Shown: positions 50,101 through 56,836, counted from the first letter of the stretch. The stretch: 64,000 nt of DNA from Bacteroidota bacterium (GCA_041158445.1 JBEBBJ010000002.1:6672-70671), one strand, 5' to 3'. Notes: generated by a model from the letters alone, not told the origin. Numbers and translations: made by a program.

Positions 50101-51974
50101 GATCTCTTCCTGGTGGTAAAAGTGGGTTGGATTCACTTGATTTAGATCCGAATGCGAAATTCAGAAATGTAGCTTTATTGCCTACGCCTAACATCGCAAA
50201 TACGGATCGCCAATTCTCGTCTGACTTGTATCAATTCACGATCGAAGGTTTACTAACAAACGCAGCGGATACACTTTCGCCACGCTTACCTCTGCGCGAT
50301 TTAGATCCTACTAGACCAGGATTACAGGTTCGTGCGGTATTGGAATTCCCAGTGGGAATGAAAGGTTCTACTTATTTGAAACAGAATAAAGCAGGAGAGT
50401 GGAAGAGCTTTAAGGACGATCAAAATCTGGCGACCTATGACGATGGTGCCACATTAATCGACTTAGATAATGACCCTAGTACGATTGAACGTATTGTGTT
50501 GACGTTCACGGACGGAGCTTTTGGGGATAAGGATACTTTAGTGAACAACTCGATTAGTGACCCGGGTGGGTTGGGAATCATTAAGCCGGTGATCGATGAT
50601 GCGACGCTTCCTACCCGTGCGGAGGGAGTGGCTACAGCGACTACCTTGTTTAATGTATTCGAAAGGAACTCCCGATTAGATGTGGATGAAGAAGGCCAAA
50701 AACTCTACTACACCATCGACTCCACTAACAACTCCGCTGCGGTTCGGGCGGCCGTTAAAATCGACTCCTTAACTGGGGTGATTACGGTGCGCGATGCGGG
50801 CGGTTTTGACTACGAATCTTTTGTGGATGCGAATGGCTTAGCGAAGTTTAACATCGTGGTGAAGGCGACTGATACGGATGGGAATTTTGACTTAGCGACC
50901 TTTACTCAGACGATCACAAACGTAGACGAATATCCGCGCATCATTTCAGGTAAAACGGTTTCGTACCGCGAGAAACAGCCGACCACGGTGGCCGTGATTA
51001 AGGTTCAAACCTTACCGGATTACCAAGATTTAACGAGCTTCTCGATACTATCAGGGTTAGATGGAGCCTTCTTTACCATAGATCCTGCTACAGGAGTCTT
51101 GCGTTTCAAGAACAGCCCTAATTACGATGATAAGCCTGTTTATACGCTTGATATTCAGTCTCAAGATTTAAGTGGCAAAACGGATCACGCGGTGTTTACG
51201 GTGAACATCATCGACATCGATGCGGATAATGATGGCATTTTAGATGACGAGGAAATAGGTCCAGATCCATTAAATCCAATTGATACAGATAAGGACGGAA
51301 TTCCGGATTACAAAGACACAGATTCCGATGGGGATGGTATTCCAGATTTATTAGAGTCGAAATCTGATACGGACAAAGATGGTATCCCAGATTACTTGGA
51401 TACGGACTCGGATGGTGATGGTATTTTGGACAAAATCGAAGCCGGCCCTAATCCATTAAAACCACTAGATTCAGATGGTGATGGCATTCCAGATTTCAGA
51501 GAATTGGATGCGGATAATGACGGCTATCTAGATAGCTATGAGAAGAGTATCGATACGGATAAGGATGGTATTCCAGACTTCCAAGATACGGACTCAGATG
51601 GAGATGGTATTCTGGATAAGGTGGAGGATGACCTGGATTTTGGCAATATCAAAGACTGCGATCATGACGGAATCGAGAACCGCATCGACCCAGATGTGTG
51701 CGATCTGATTCTGCCGCAAATCATCACACCGAATGGCGATGGGATGAACGACGTGCTGAAGATTCCAGGTATTATGCGCCTGCAACCTAATCACATCACG
51801 ATTATTAACCGCTGGGGTGCTGTGGTGTATGACGCAGAAAATTACCAAAACACCTGGGGTGGCACAGGTGACTCCGGTGAATTGCCAGACGGAACGTATT
51901 ATTATGTCGTCGACTTCAAGGGAGCGAAACCGACGATTTCGAACTTTATTTACTTAGATCGCACAGGAAAATGA
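38115..51974 (+). CDS. Giant (4619 aa) T9SS-secreted adhesin with type-B (gliding-motility) C-terminal sorting domain
   Basis: N-terminal signal-like segment (..ASLSVVLFSLILPVVKTQGQ). Many Ig-like/cadherin-like modules. TSP3-type DxDxDGxxD repeats at ~51210-51690 (DTDKDGIPDYKDTDSDGDGIPD..). The C-terminus ..ITPNGDGMNDVLKI..INRWGAVVY..GTYYYVV.. is typical of the T9SS type-B CTD. Confidence 0.9.
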   Translation: MSIKSRLQRFASLSVVLFSLILPVVKTQGQTAQFQLTESDGLNPYLYVIEKSSGRVFMNNTLSDNSIHGRIYLPKGDYHTSDATVTYLGEAANDAVIQVYSYKTDRLYPNINAALFITQSGKAYLYQLDLGGYDVWNPQWKGNTPRLVSVGSNEVVIGGRLMNESITQTNYAMNLYLITQSGKLFKSAWTMGTAGGYNTSTEVTGVSGITRISGNDKDKLFLLTSSNALYLRKDFGRSGGGLGNFLVNISSLPAGRTISKIVSNTNGDFALLDNGTVFSMGIEMANGTVTASFVALPSGPTYNSGSGNLGEESNNKITKIAAAGDKIAFITEKGQVYLAGSDLVAMPVDHLANVTQSLSTDRDKHWLLSKQSGQSLFGGSASPTYDFYGDNSESAATGFAFYDNGRFAIQDNANNIFIYGGRRYNTNTTNWSASASDYTNVDVKIGANYVGLPMVDYATNGILNSYVSDVTKPVYTLTPVNFKSGERHNSRTFQFKLEVSEMPLVPPTNFINTVINTGTGAATVSNVKFISDFTLAKKAVDQKYIYTFDVVISGTSTIYDVDVNLPLGVIKDRRGNIADGTSTFKLLLDLSPTTVTLLNRVVTKDVAKGKWYVDIQATPNRIYTPSSPDKKLLPSSFQLEQNYYGSAPASFNEIAEIGNGIYRLYFAEDFSTSTYRNEDLGWQFHAGNIVDFNQQSIELYGGLSYRLGFLTGKEGPNFITFIDARKPTPVISGVSNTNNPSNGSKGFKIHIPHEYVSLTEGEGDNTKIGKDDIVITVNGTTVTNTTSYISNFRKTEFYNARGTNYFDIGRWWPSEQTSIFAYQDWEFTLTPPAGVEGTITVSVGANTFADARGNTNVVSNVYSWTHDITPPTISNIVVSADNKYAEVTFSEDVNFVNNASGVLTPADFALSMATNSGNAFLASSDLIPINPDFSTSNATYVGVNPVTKIASNKIKVFFKSSYTSDAGPAEIQDEGPSDRNFDVRSVKKAKGVEQLTVGVLIGKISDKAGNLNSGTISSTVGAGATLKDLYAPSLSLVVKGSDAVAINAGATVQKAPYVFTYTADEALSASTSITLANLSTYFNVTGTSIASVTYDAINKKITLTTSSSITDGTTITIAVKTKTLSDVAGNLMRKNNSFSFIHNTAAISFGGYIYSTIGGKKVGVSTITGNGTYNKNYFQINTFWYGINGAFNATNGYNKLLNWGGSAQNGTIANSNFSIKVYQADGVTEIPGAATLINSANNSYTKTDEFGNTQYTIQADFSLNFTPNGTEKITFGPVNDNTFKLSGSNNPWLASQSSTLTELPDLRNDVSITVKDGNGVDLPAMSTLISGGTLFSNTTPTSITNVITTDVIKVKVSIPTSWNSIATYLTSGSPGSLTTFATLTDYVRSTLFINKLPTSGSTLSTLSNGSDYVLENFVTSNNGLTCEFDLRFINKIDATNSKFAYFSLGQFFGIPPGGYQQLFSAYNTAGVNTAINSTNSPQLYYYLENGITPYMYAGPGVYRSYGVIYAFSEVQGYGSIKVTSTVQASTKKVLGVYDVANEKSLPANTFIWSVKDPDKNKVADTRLPGGTSNGFPVFYGDQFNTIDFSNNTMPASGSYLMNWANFKSSPSSSTYSNHDNWGFGQDLRDGWNNVIVSAASRKVNIYAYEKSDGTSRSIVNYTSGPTGTWTIQKQFKATNSVLGSNDLWFITGAPTIASAALDDMVANPSDYYYSTVTNMDFGSTQTATASKSYKSKMVLTSDVQNVAGDAGDFTVNDLTFTSTNSAVTISNKSLTRVDAKNYTLSFDVSGYGTSTIKINIPNNSYKNTLGAWNKEDFTEASAMEFVYQGPSTPVVTPRALPTISMELKSALGTVLNGKTNLKENLNLEVTWATAGSTYTNTSDIYNTYNDPLFLKNNNFLVTDNTDSDGDGTPDYSAQVLSSSLMYRSGDTRYPIGVKLGLKINLDPTPYTSGSGNNTTANQFKDAQSVNIPRNISFTIPANTFALVPTDYVVSTTATPTSYDWTTYLAAAGTVSKTTADTYSFVYSGGGTSPTISATTNGTALISGDKAYATPITITTVFDRSIDANSISLSDFDITGATASSGTLSGTTYTFTLTPSNVSYSNITVSLRAGTISDTYGNANLASNEFSLTYDHRAPTPTVSLSDGTNVLSQNEITSKSPLYATVLFDSDVTGFDLTDITNSITGGTYVTNSLVQSGRLYSFTITPTANTALTISVPAGTATGVNNVSSVASNTLTVTNSSNSSVLLSAYKNTISNNVTSTVSLSNNDVVLQSPVYINLASSQAFAGTLSMTNFTLSNCTITITNNGNGNYLLEVSPTAAGDFSIKMPANSLANSLGGQNLASNEIILNYDNQVPIITGSVLNQSQNKITVTFDQDIYNAVKSGTFTATDLTLSLTGTGSHATLASTAISSIVTTSTNSVVITYQLNQSPAPNGTEVITILPALNSIMDANGNFASNTTQSNNQVSLEDVNPLTVTLSVSEIDGSNNDIIANGTFVESQTLSITLSKPVQSLDLLDFAVTNAVLSDLTYIDDTHYSAIVNYSPTGSNIITVQLNANEIQDLGGTMNSASNTLSYTFNQRTEVTVSVYDNFGRLLRTGATVKNPNIRVVMVASDEPSSSGSDALELNDVLVSATNLTGSSYTTSNWSGTGYVRSFNMAIGDANKLFSISIPANKFKGSNTNSNNVVSNVFGITYSAPNNPPAIAARVYAYQEDASNLSLDLLDGITDPESNSLSISNITLKYLEATGGTSSFLGVTNSSRVTKYENISKLANLVNNQTLPLTFTSSKFLRGSEKAKFQLTYKVYDGTTYVPVTRNIEIQGLNTTPRSSAKNVTNIDPSTLLREGGLVHDNLEMTDDDDGDQVGLIYVDDSGNEQTISSNTIINLSSGTLTLTANGAFDFKANSNAYGTQAFRYKLLDNASSVNSKSGIYTATIQITETPDADGIDTKMEVLGKSRDINGDGIDDRKQNSITHFPMGSKAAYDNAVDWVAGTNPTAPSQSGFGAILVAKVTDNAKAKRTLSLNSASELDVLNFNSRLSNVSTVARPVSVPSYVAFEKDPISFSVVGENGGSLIDMDGDATNGIQQRIIIDLPSGYKGSTYLKQNANGTFSSFLDDQDLSTWDNGATLFDTNGKTRNEQGFNKDQLARIVVTITDNGPGDADNTVGRITDPATSGFIYPLINDASATSVNERITTNTELYDINDANSSADTDAEAQALTYALTSTNSTLLDAVQINSTDGKITVKDQVKFDFELFKAAGLLSNETTVNNKIVSGTLSITVRATDTDGYTDDATIALVIKNINESISITNASGGTITTSVNEKQTSTGLTIATADDDQLTGDAATFTLSGTDASYFSISSTGVITFNVAPVYAAGKILYNFNVTATDIYRGSAGTDAATSATSAVVINLLDITPPTLSTVVLSSSNNNSSVAKTNDVLTLSITANEPITTPVVTIAGQSATVTGTSSTYTATFTVTNSTPQGTATISVTYVDVNGNPGTAVTSTTNSSTVVVDTAVPTLGTVSVSSSNTNTSQEAIQTPTVTVAGQVASVTGTGSTYAATYTVTSNTPQGTASISVTFSDVANNLGTAVTSTTNSSTVVVDTAVPTLYTVDWIPASIDNANFRNVGFTLTNAELGATYSYIISSGTSSLTASGTVTNSTQVIGNINTSTLRDGIITLSLKIIDQAGNSGLVVTDTINKATNGGPTGTPTPITLSQNDPDQTINLLNGITDAEGDPLTVSNVTISYSIENVVTNQPVVINSTLLTKFQDVVSTSDLTGTNLFIEMSKSKFLNGSQKGQINIAYVVTDGNNNLNANAVLNIIGANDQPTGSAVTLNQVVINGQNMGIPLTEGVGVSTNVPGIDPDDDSVTYTLDQNSSVSNGQFVFNPDGSFNFLPDANYYGEQEFDYYIKDQSGVLNGPYKVKIVIAENPDIDGIPSKLEEVAPNGGDVNGDGIPDRKQNNITNVPLGSFADYQAGIDWANGVPGATRPSTSKVGSLLIGSLPGGKSGLDSLDLDPNAKFRNVALLPTPNIANTDRQFSSDLYQFTIEGLLTNAADTLSPRLPLRDLDPTRPGLQVRAVLEFPVGMKGSTYLKQNKAGEWKSFKDDQNLATYDDGATLIDLDNDPSTIERIVLTFTDGAFGDKDTLVNNSISDPGGLGIIKPVIDDATLPTRAEGVATATTLFNVFERNSRLDVDEEGQKLYYTIDSTNNSAAVRAAVKIDSLTGVITVRDAGGFDYESFVDANGLAKFNIVVKATDTDGNFDLATFTQTITNVDEYPRIISGKTVSYREKQPTTVAVIKVQTLPDYQDLTSFSILSGLDGAFFTIDPATGVLRFKNSPNYDDKPVYTLDIQSQDLSGKTDHAVFTVNIIDIDADNDGILDDEEIGPDPLNPIDTDKDGIPDYKDTDSDGDGIPDLLESKSDTDKDGIPDYLDTDSDGDGILDKIEAGPNPLKPLDSDGDGIPDFRELDADNDGYLDSYEKSIDTDKDGIPDFQDTDSDGDGILDKVEDDLDFGNIKDCDHDGIENRIDPDVCDLILPQIITPNGDGMNDVLKIPGIMRLQPNHITIINRWGAVVYDAENYQNTWGGTGDSGELPDGTYYYVVDFKGAKPTISNFIYLDRTGK

Positions 51975-52864
51975 GAAAGATAGTATTAGCAGCGTTTCTA
52001 TTTTTAGGGGGACACGTCGTTTCAGCCCAAATCGAATCGATGTACTCGATGTACCAAATCAACCCCATCGTCTCTTCGCCAGCCTATGCAGGCCTAGTGG
52101 CGAATGGCGCGAAAGGGGAATTCGTCGCTATTAATCGCCAGCAATGGATAGGCGTGCAGGGTTCGCCACGCACCTCGTTGATGACGGGAAATTACCAGTT
52201 GAAACCGAAGATCGGGATAGGCGCCATTTTAGCGACCGATCAAGCGGGTCCTTTGCGCATTACAAGCGTGTCTGGTGATTTAGCGTACTCGGTTCGTTTG
52301 AATGAGGACTGGAAGATGAATGGCGGACTACGTCTTTCATTAGCGTCCGTTTACATCGATTATGCGGGACTTACGGCGATCGATATCAACGATCCCTACA
52401 TCCAAGTCAATAAGTCGACGGGGTTAAAAGCAAACACCGGTTGGGGCCTACATTTCGCGCATCGCGGGGGTAGCTTCTTATCAGTTTCGCAACCTCGGGT
52501 GCTGAGCTATGATTTTGGCAATTTATCCGGTGCGTTTAAGGACGTTTCGTATTTCTATTTGCAAGCAGGAACGGCTATTCAGGCGGCTCCGGGGATTCGT
52601 GTGAGCCCATCGGTGATGGCGCGTTTAGCTTCATCGACGCCATTTAGCTGGGATGCGAACGTGATCGTGAATCTACAAGAAAAAGTGGATGTGGGTCTGA
52701 TTTACCGCGATAAAATCAGTTATGGAGCGCGTGTAGGTGTACCTTTTTCTAAGAAAGTGTATGTGGCCTACACGGGAGAATTTCCGCTGGCGACCTTGAA
52801 TGCGTTTGGGGTGCAGACGCACGAATTAGCGCTTAAAATTTCCTTATTCGAGAAACAAAAATGA
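51971..52864 (+). CDS. PorP/SprF-family T9SS membrane protein
   Basis: 297 aa; signal peptide then ..SMYSMYQINPIVSSPAYAG.. (PorP/SprF N-terminal signature). ATGA overlap with the adhesin stop. Confidence 0.85.
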   Translation: MRKIVLAAFLFLGGHVVSAQIESMYSMYQINPIVSSPAYAGLVANGAKGEFVAINRQQWIGVQGSPRTSLMTGNYQLKPKIGIGAILATDQAGPLRITSVSGDLAYSVRLNEDWKMNGGLRLSLASVYIDYAGLTAIDINDPYIQVNKSTGLKANTGWGLHFAHRGGSFLSVSQPRVLSYDFGNLSGAFKDVSYFYLQAGTAIQAAPGIRVSPSVMARLASSTPFSWDANVIVNLQEKVDVGLIYRDKISYGARVGVPFSKKVYVAYTGEFPLATLNAFGVQTHELALKISLFEKQK

Positions 52865-53931
52865 GATCATATACACTAGTCTTTTTCCTGTGTGCCGTTT
52901 CGTATTTTTCATACGGCCAAAAATCCCTTTCCTTCTCCCTCGGTTCCACCGCTCGCTCTTTACAACAGGCATCGAACCGCCGAGATGTGCTTTTGGATTA
53001 CACTTCTGTGGGTGCGCAGTTCAGTTATTTCACTTCGCCTAAAGCAGAGCTTTTTAGCGGTGTTTCGTATGGTTTTCAGTCATCGGGTACTGCTAAGTTT
53101 GCTGGCGCGCAGGCCGGGATGCGGTATTTTCTGAACTTGCCTTTGCCTGCGCGCCTTCGGGTGTTTGGCCAATTTGCGGGGGAGGTTTTGTTAGATAATT
53201 CCTATGCGATTACGAACCGTGATGCTGATTTTATCGGTGCGGCTGGTGCAGGATTTGACTTTAAAATTTCGTCTGCTGTATCCTTACGTGGCTCCGCAAA
53301 TTTAGGGTTGCCCTTCCTTTCAACCGGGTCTTTAAGCCCGTACACAAACAGTGGATCTAATTTTACAGCAGGGATCGGTTTAGTGTTCTTATTGCCTTCG
53401 AAGAAAGAGGCTGTTGTTGCGCCTGTTATTGTGGTAGTGGAGGAGCCAATTGTTGCGGCTGTTGCGAGTCCTGAACCTGTGAAAGCCACAGTTCCTGCAC
53501 CGGTAATTAAAGAGCAAGCACCTGTGGTAGCTGTTGCGCCTGTTGATGAACGTGCTGAGCCAGTTGCTGTGCCTGCTGCGGTAGTGGTGGCCGAAGTGAA
53601 TTTGGACAGCTTATTCAATAAAGAAATTTACTTCAAGACAGATAAGTCTTGGGTGGGTCCTGAGTCTGCCAAAAAACTCGATTTAATCGTCGCTTTAATG
53701 GCAAAATATCCGGACGTGAAGGTGCACTTAAAAGGACACACAGATTACCGAAAATCAGAGGATTACAACTTAAAACTTTCTGCGAAGCGGGTGGAGAATG
53801 TGCGTTTGTATTTAGTTAAACACGGGGTAGCTGCAGCCCGTTTTAAAGCGGAGGCATTCTCCGAAGAGGTTCCAGCCTCTAGAACAGATTTACAATTAAA
53901 TCGCCGGGTGGAAGTCCGGATTTGGAAATAA
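52861..53931 (+). CDS. OmpA-family protein (beta-barrel-like N-domain, P/V/A-rich linker, OmpA C-terminal domain)
   Basis: C-terminus ..LKGHTDYRKSEDYNLKLSAKRVENVRLYLVKHGV..NRRVEVRIWK is an OmpA_C peptidoglycan-binding domain. ATGA overlap with the upstream gene. Confidence 0.85.
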   Translation: MRSYTLVFFLCAVSYFSYGQKSLSFSLGSTARSLQQASNRRDVLLDYTSVGAQFSYFTSPKAELFSGVSYGFQSSGTAKFAGAQAGMRYFLNLPLPARLRVFGQFAGEVLLDNSYAITNRDADFIGAAGAGFDFKISSAVSLRGSANLGLPFLSTGSLSPYTNSGSNFTAGIGLVFLLPSKKEAVVAPVIVVVEEPIVAAVASPEPVKATVPAPVIKEQAPVVAVAPVDERAEPVAVPAAVVVAEVNLDSLFNKEIYFKTDKSWVGPESAKKLDLIVALMAKYPDVKVHLKGHTDYRKSEDYNLKLSAKRVENVRLYLVKHGVAAARFKAEAFSEEVPASRTDLQLNRRVEVRIWK

Positions 53932-54185
53932 TGAAATCTATTCGCTTAAAATATTGTAGCGCCCAAGGCTGCACATTTAAGTTTGTGAACAAAGCAAATC
54001 TGAAAGAACACGTTATTTCAGAGAAGGATGGAGTTGTTTTTATACGCTTGTTTTTAAAGACAGGAGAAGAGATTTCGCTATCTGGCGTATCTGAGACGGT
54101 AGAAATAATTAACCTGCGCTGGTCGCGGTTTGAGACTTCGGATGAGATCTTTTTTGATCTCGCAGAGTTCGAAGTGATAAATTAA
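53931..54185 (+). CDS. Small hypothetical protein (84 aa), last gene of the adhesin operon
   Basis: ATG 53931 overlaps the OmpA stop (TAATG). A terminator follows at 54205-54236. I recognise no family. Confidence 0.45.
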   Translation: MKSIRLKYCSAQGCTFKFVNKANLKEHVISEKDGVVFIRLFLKTGEEISLSGVSETVEIINLRWSRFETSDEIFFDLAEFEVIN

Positions 54186-54204
54186 TTTAGAACACGGAGT
54201 TTTG

Positions 54205-54236
54205 AAACCCTTTGGCTATTGGCTGAAGGGTTTTTT
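54205..54236 (+). terminator. Rho-independent terminator ending the adhesin operon
   Basis: aaaccctt (54205-12) pairs with aagggttt (54226-33), followed by TTT. Confidence 0.65.
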
Positions 54237-54647
54237 CATTATAAGGGTTTACTTTTCTTTTGGGCAAGTTTTTTTGTATTTAAGGTTTAAAGCGTACAAT
54301 CCTATTATAAATCGTTTATTTTTTACATTATATAAGCGGATGTTTCCAGTTAGTTTTGAGTGTTTGAAAAAGGCGGGCTAATTACAAAGTATTCCGATAA
54401 AGGGAAGAGAGTACTTGAATTCTGGTGAAAAAAACTGGAAAATTTTTAAATCAAATTTCGAGGCTTACTGGATTGAGAATCATTTTTTTCCAGAATTTTT
54501 GTTCTCGAAAGTAAGTATCCCCCTGTATTTTGAAGTTTTTTGTCTATTACTAGTCCTGGGATACCTAGGGAGGGAAGGGGGCTAGGGGCTGATCAAACAT
54601 GATCATAACTTAAGTTTACTGGATTATGATGAATTGAAAAAAGGTCA

Positions 54648-55262
54648 CTATAACCTATTCATGAGTTTTTTGATTTTGGTTATAGTGTTAATGTTTAATC
54701 CAGTAATCTTTGCGACTTCTGATCCTTTGTAATTCTTTTTTATAAGTTCCATCGCTCGCCTATTCTTCACTTTAGATAAAAATTTCAGCGGGTCTTCTTT
54801 GGTATTGGGTTTTCTTCCTAAATATACATCCCCTTTGAGCTTTGCTAGAGCGACCCCTTCTTTCTGTCTCTCTAGCGTGAGCTTTCTTTCCATCTCCGCT
54901 ACGACCCCAAGAATCGAAATCACCATTTTAGAAATTGGATTTTCTTCCCCATTTTCATGGATGGTACAAAGTCCTTGGTTGATAAACTTAACAGGGATTT
55001 TTCTCTCAGTAGTATATTTAATAAAAGAAAGAATGTCATGAAGATCTCTTCCACACCGATCAATTTGCCAAATAGATATACTTGATACCAAATTCAGGTC
55101 GATGAGTTTTTTAAGTTCAATCCCGCCGGTTCTAGAAAACATGGAAATACTTCCACTACAACGGTCTTCAATGACCTTATCGAAATCTTTTTCATTTACA
55201 CGTTGTCGGTCTGAGTTTTGTTCAATGGTGCTGCAACGCACATAAAGGATGGAAATACTCAT
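54648..55262 (-). CDS. Serine recombinase (resolvase/invertase family) with C-terminal HTH
   Basis: From the internal ATG 55262: MSISILYVRCSTIEQNSDRQ (catalytic Ser motif). ..IWQIDRCGRD.. and a C-terminal HTH (..VAKITGLNINTITKI). Confidence 0.8.
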   Translation of the reverse strand: MSISILYVRCSTIEQNSDRQRVNEKDFDKVIEDRCSGSISMFSRTGGIELKKLIDLNLVSSISIWQIDRCGRDLHDILSFIKYTTERKIPVKFINQGLCTIHENGEENPISKMVISILGVVAEMERKLTLERQKEGVALAKLKGDVYLGRKPNTKEDPLKFLSKVKNRRAMELIKKNYKGSEVAKITGLNINTITKIKKLMNRL

Positions 55263-55376
55263 AAAATTAGCTTGGTAGGGTGATAAGGCTAATTTCCAGA
55301 GAATAAACCGGTATTGCTGCATTTTTAAGCCGCTTTTTCAAATTTAAAGATGCGCAATAAAAAGTACACCCTAAAT

Positions 55377-55574
55377 TTAGGAGTCCGAATTGCGCTTGAA
55401 GAAGTCATTTAGTAAATCACTAGCCTTTAAGCGGATCTCAAACTCTTTTTGATGTAACCTTCTCCATTCTACAGCAACTGGATCGTCCGATGTAATTAGT
55501 AGATTGAATTCTTCTTTGGTCAAATCAGAAAGTTTCTTAATTGAATTAAGTGGTTTAAATTCTTCAGCTTTCAT
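55377..55574 (-). CDS. Hypothetical small protein (65 aa)
   Basis: ORF only, co-oriented with the recombinase. No recognisable motif. Confidence 0.35.
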   Translation of the reverse strand: MKAEEFKPLNSIKKLSDLTKEEFNLLITSDDPVAVEWRRLHQKEFEIRLKASDLLNDFFKRNSDS

Positions 55575-55942
55575 TTAATATGGATTGAGATTCACGAATG
55601 GGTTAGTTCCCACCTAGTTAAATTACGATAAAAAATAACTAAAAATTGACTTCAAATTGTGGATTATAATACGATTATCCCAAATCTTGAATTTGGTCAC
55701 TACCAGTTCTTCTCTATAGTTCCACTACGACAAAACTTCGTTTAATTTAAACGAAGTAATGGAAAGTTTGTTAGCAATTCCTTAGCATTGGAGCCTTCCC
55801 TTTATCGCTTATTTCCTTTATATTTTAGTAAAGTACATAGTTGAAGGGTTACAGATTCAACTCCAGTACATAAGATATTGATTACCCCCTCATTGTGAGT
55901 AGTTGACTGTAACCAACGAAGCAATGGGGGATTCTTTTTAAA

Positions 55943-56692
55943 ATGTCAGAACGATATTTGAATGTTCCTTATAGTATCCTATTAAATCCCAATCTAACAT
56001 GTGATGAGAAATTCATCCTTGCAGAAATTGTATCCCTTGATAAAAGACCCAGAGGTTGTACCGCTAGTGATAACCATTTTGCTGAAATCATAAATAAGAC
56101 AAGACAGACTACTAATGGTATAATAAAGAACCTGGAGTTCAAAGGATTAATTCATATTGAAGTCAGACCTGGAGTTGGGAAGAAGACTAAACCTGCGGCC
56201 AAATTTTGGGAGTTAATCAAAATACGTGTCGAGAATGATGACACCTTGGAATCCAATCAGAAGGATAGAGGTGTCGGAAAAACTGATACCACGTGTCGGG
56301 ATTCAATACAGGTAGGTGTCGAGTTTCATGACACCACGTGTCGAGATTCCGACACAACTAATACAATTACTAATACAGATATACTAATACAAAGAGAATT
56401 ACAATATACTGGGGCAACCGCTAGTCTGTCTGTTGAATATAAAAAAATAGAAAAGCTCCTCTCTACAGATCCAGCATTTATTTCAAATGATTTTCTAATA
56501 GATTTCCAGTACTATTCTTTTAAACTAGAGGAATACTTTGGGTCTAGCATCTTTGAGCAAATGAATATTTTAAAGACTAATCAAGAGATATATGAGATTT
56601 ATAATGCTACTAATTTGCATGGGATCCGGGATGAATTAAACTTCGTAAAATCAAATATGGCTAGATTTCTAAGAATTGAAACATATATATAG
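55943..56692 (+). CDS. Winged-helix DNA-binding protein (possible replication/regulatory protein of the island)
   Basis: The N-terminal ~90 aa resemble wHTH phage/plasmid Rep-organiser proteins (..CDEKFILAEIVSL..NHFAEIINKTRQTTNGIIKNLEFKGLIHIE). The central region is encoded by repeated GTGTCG-containing DNA (DTTCRDS twice). Confidence 0.45.
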   Translation: MSERYLNVPYSILLNPNLTCDEKFILAEIVSLDKRPRGCTASDNHFAEIINKTRQTTNGIIKNLEFKGLIHIEVRPGVGKKTKPAAKFWELIKIRVENDDTLESNQKDRGVGKTDTTCRDSIQVGVEFHDTTCRDSDTTNTITNTDILIQRELQYTGATASLSVEYKKIEKLLSTDPAFISNDFLIDFQYYSFKLEEYFGSSIFEQMNILKTNQEIYEIYNATNLHGIRDELNFVKSNMARFLRIETYI

Positions 56693-56836
56693 GCTCTCAA
56701 CGAAGATCGGGAGTGAATCGAGCGAATCATATAAGTCCTTAGGACTTCAAACCCCTCCCCGATTCCGCTCGGCCCCTCCCCCCAAAAAAAAATTAAAAAA
56801 AATATCTACGAGTCTTGATTTATTGATTTATTATAC

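Noticed and set aside
53202-53618. 138-aa minus-strand ORF inside the OmpA-like gene.
   Set aside because: It is antisense to the P/V/A-rich linker, so it is a low-complexity mirror ORF (T/A/G-rich) with no start context. The plus-strand gene has clear OmpA_C homology.
54186-54647. Invertible promoter controlled by the adjacent serine recombinase.
   Set aside because: I found only weak, imperfect inverted repeats (attctggtgaaaaaaa at ~54418 vs tttttttccagaat at ~54484) and a short direct repeat (ttactggatt). This is not enough to call an invertible segment. The recombinase may simply be a resolvase of the island.
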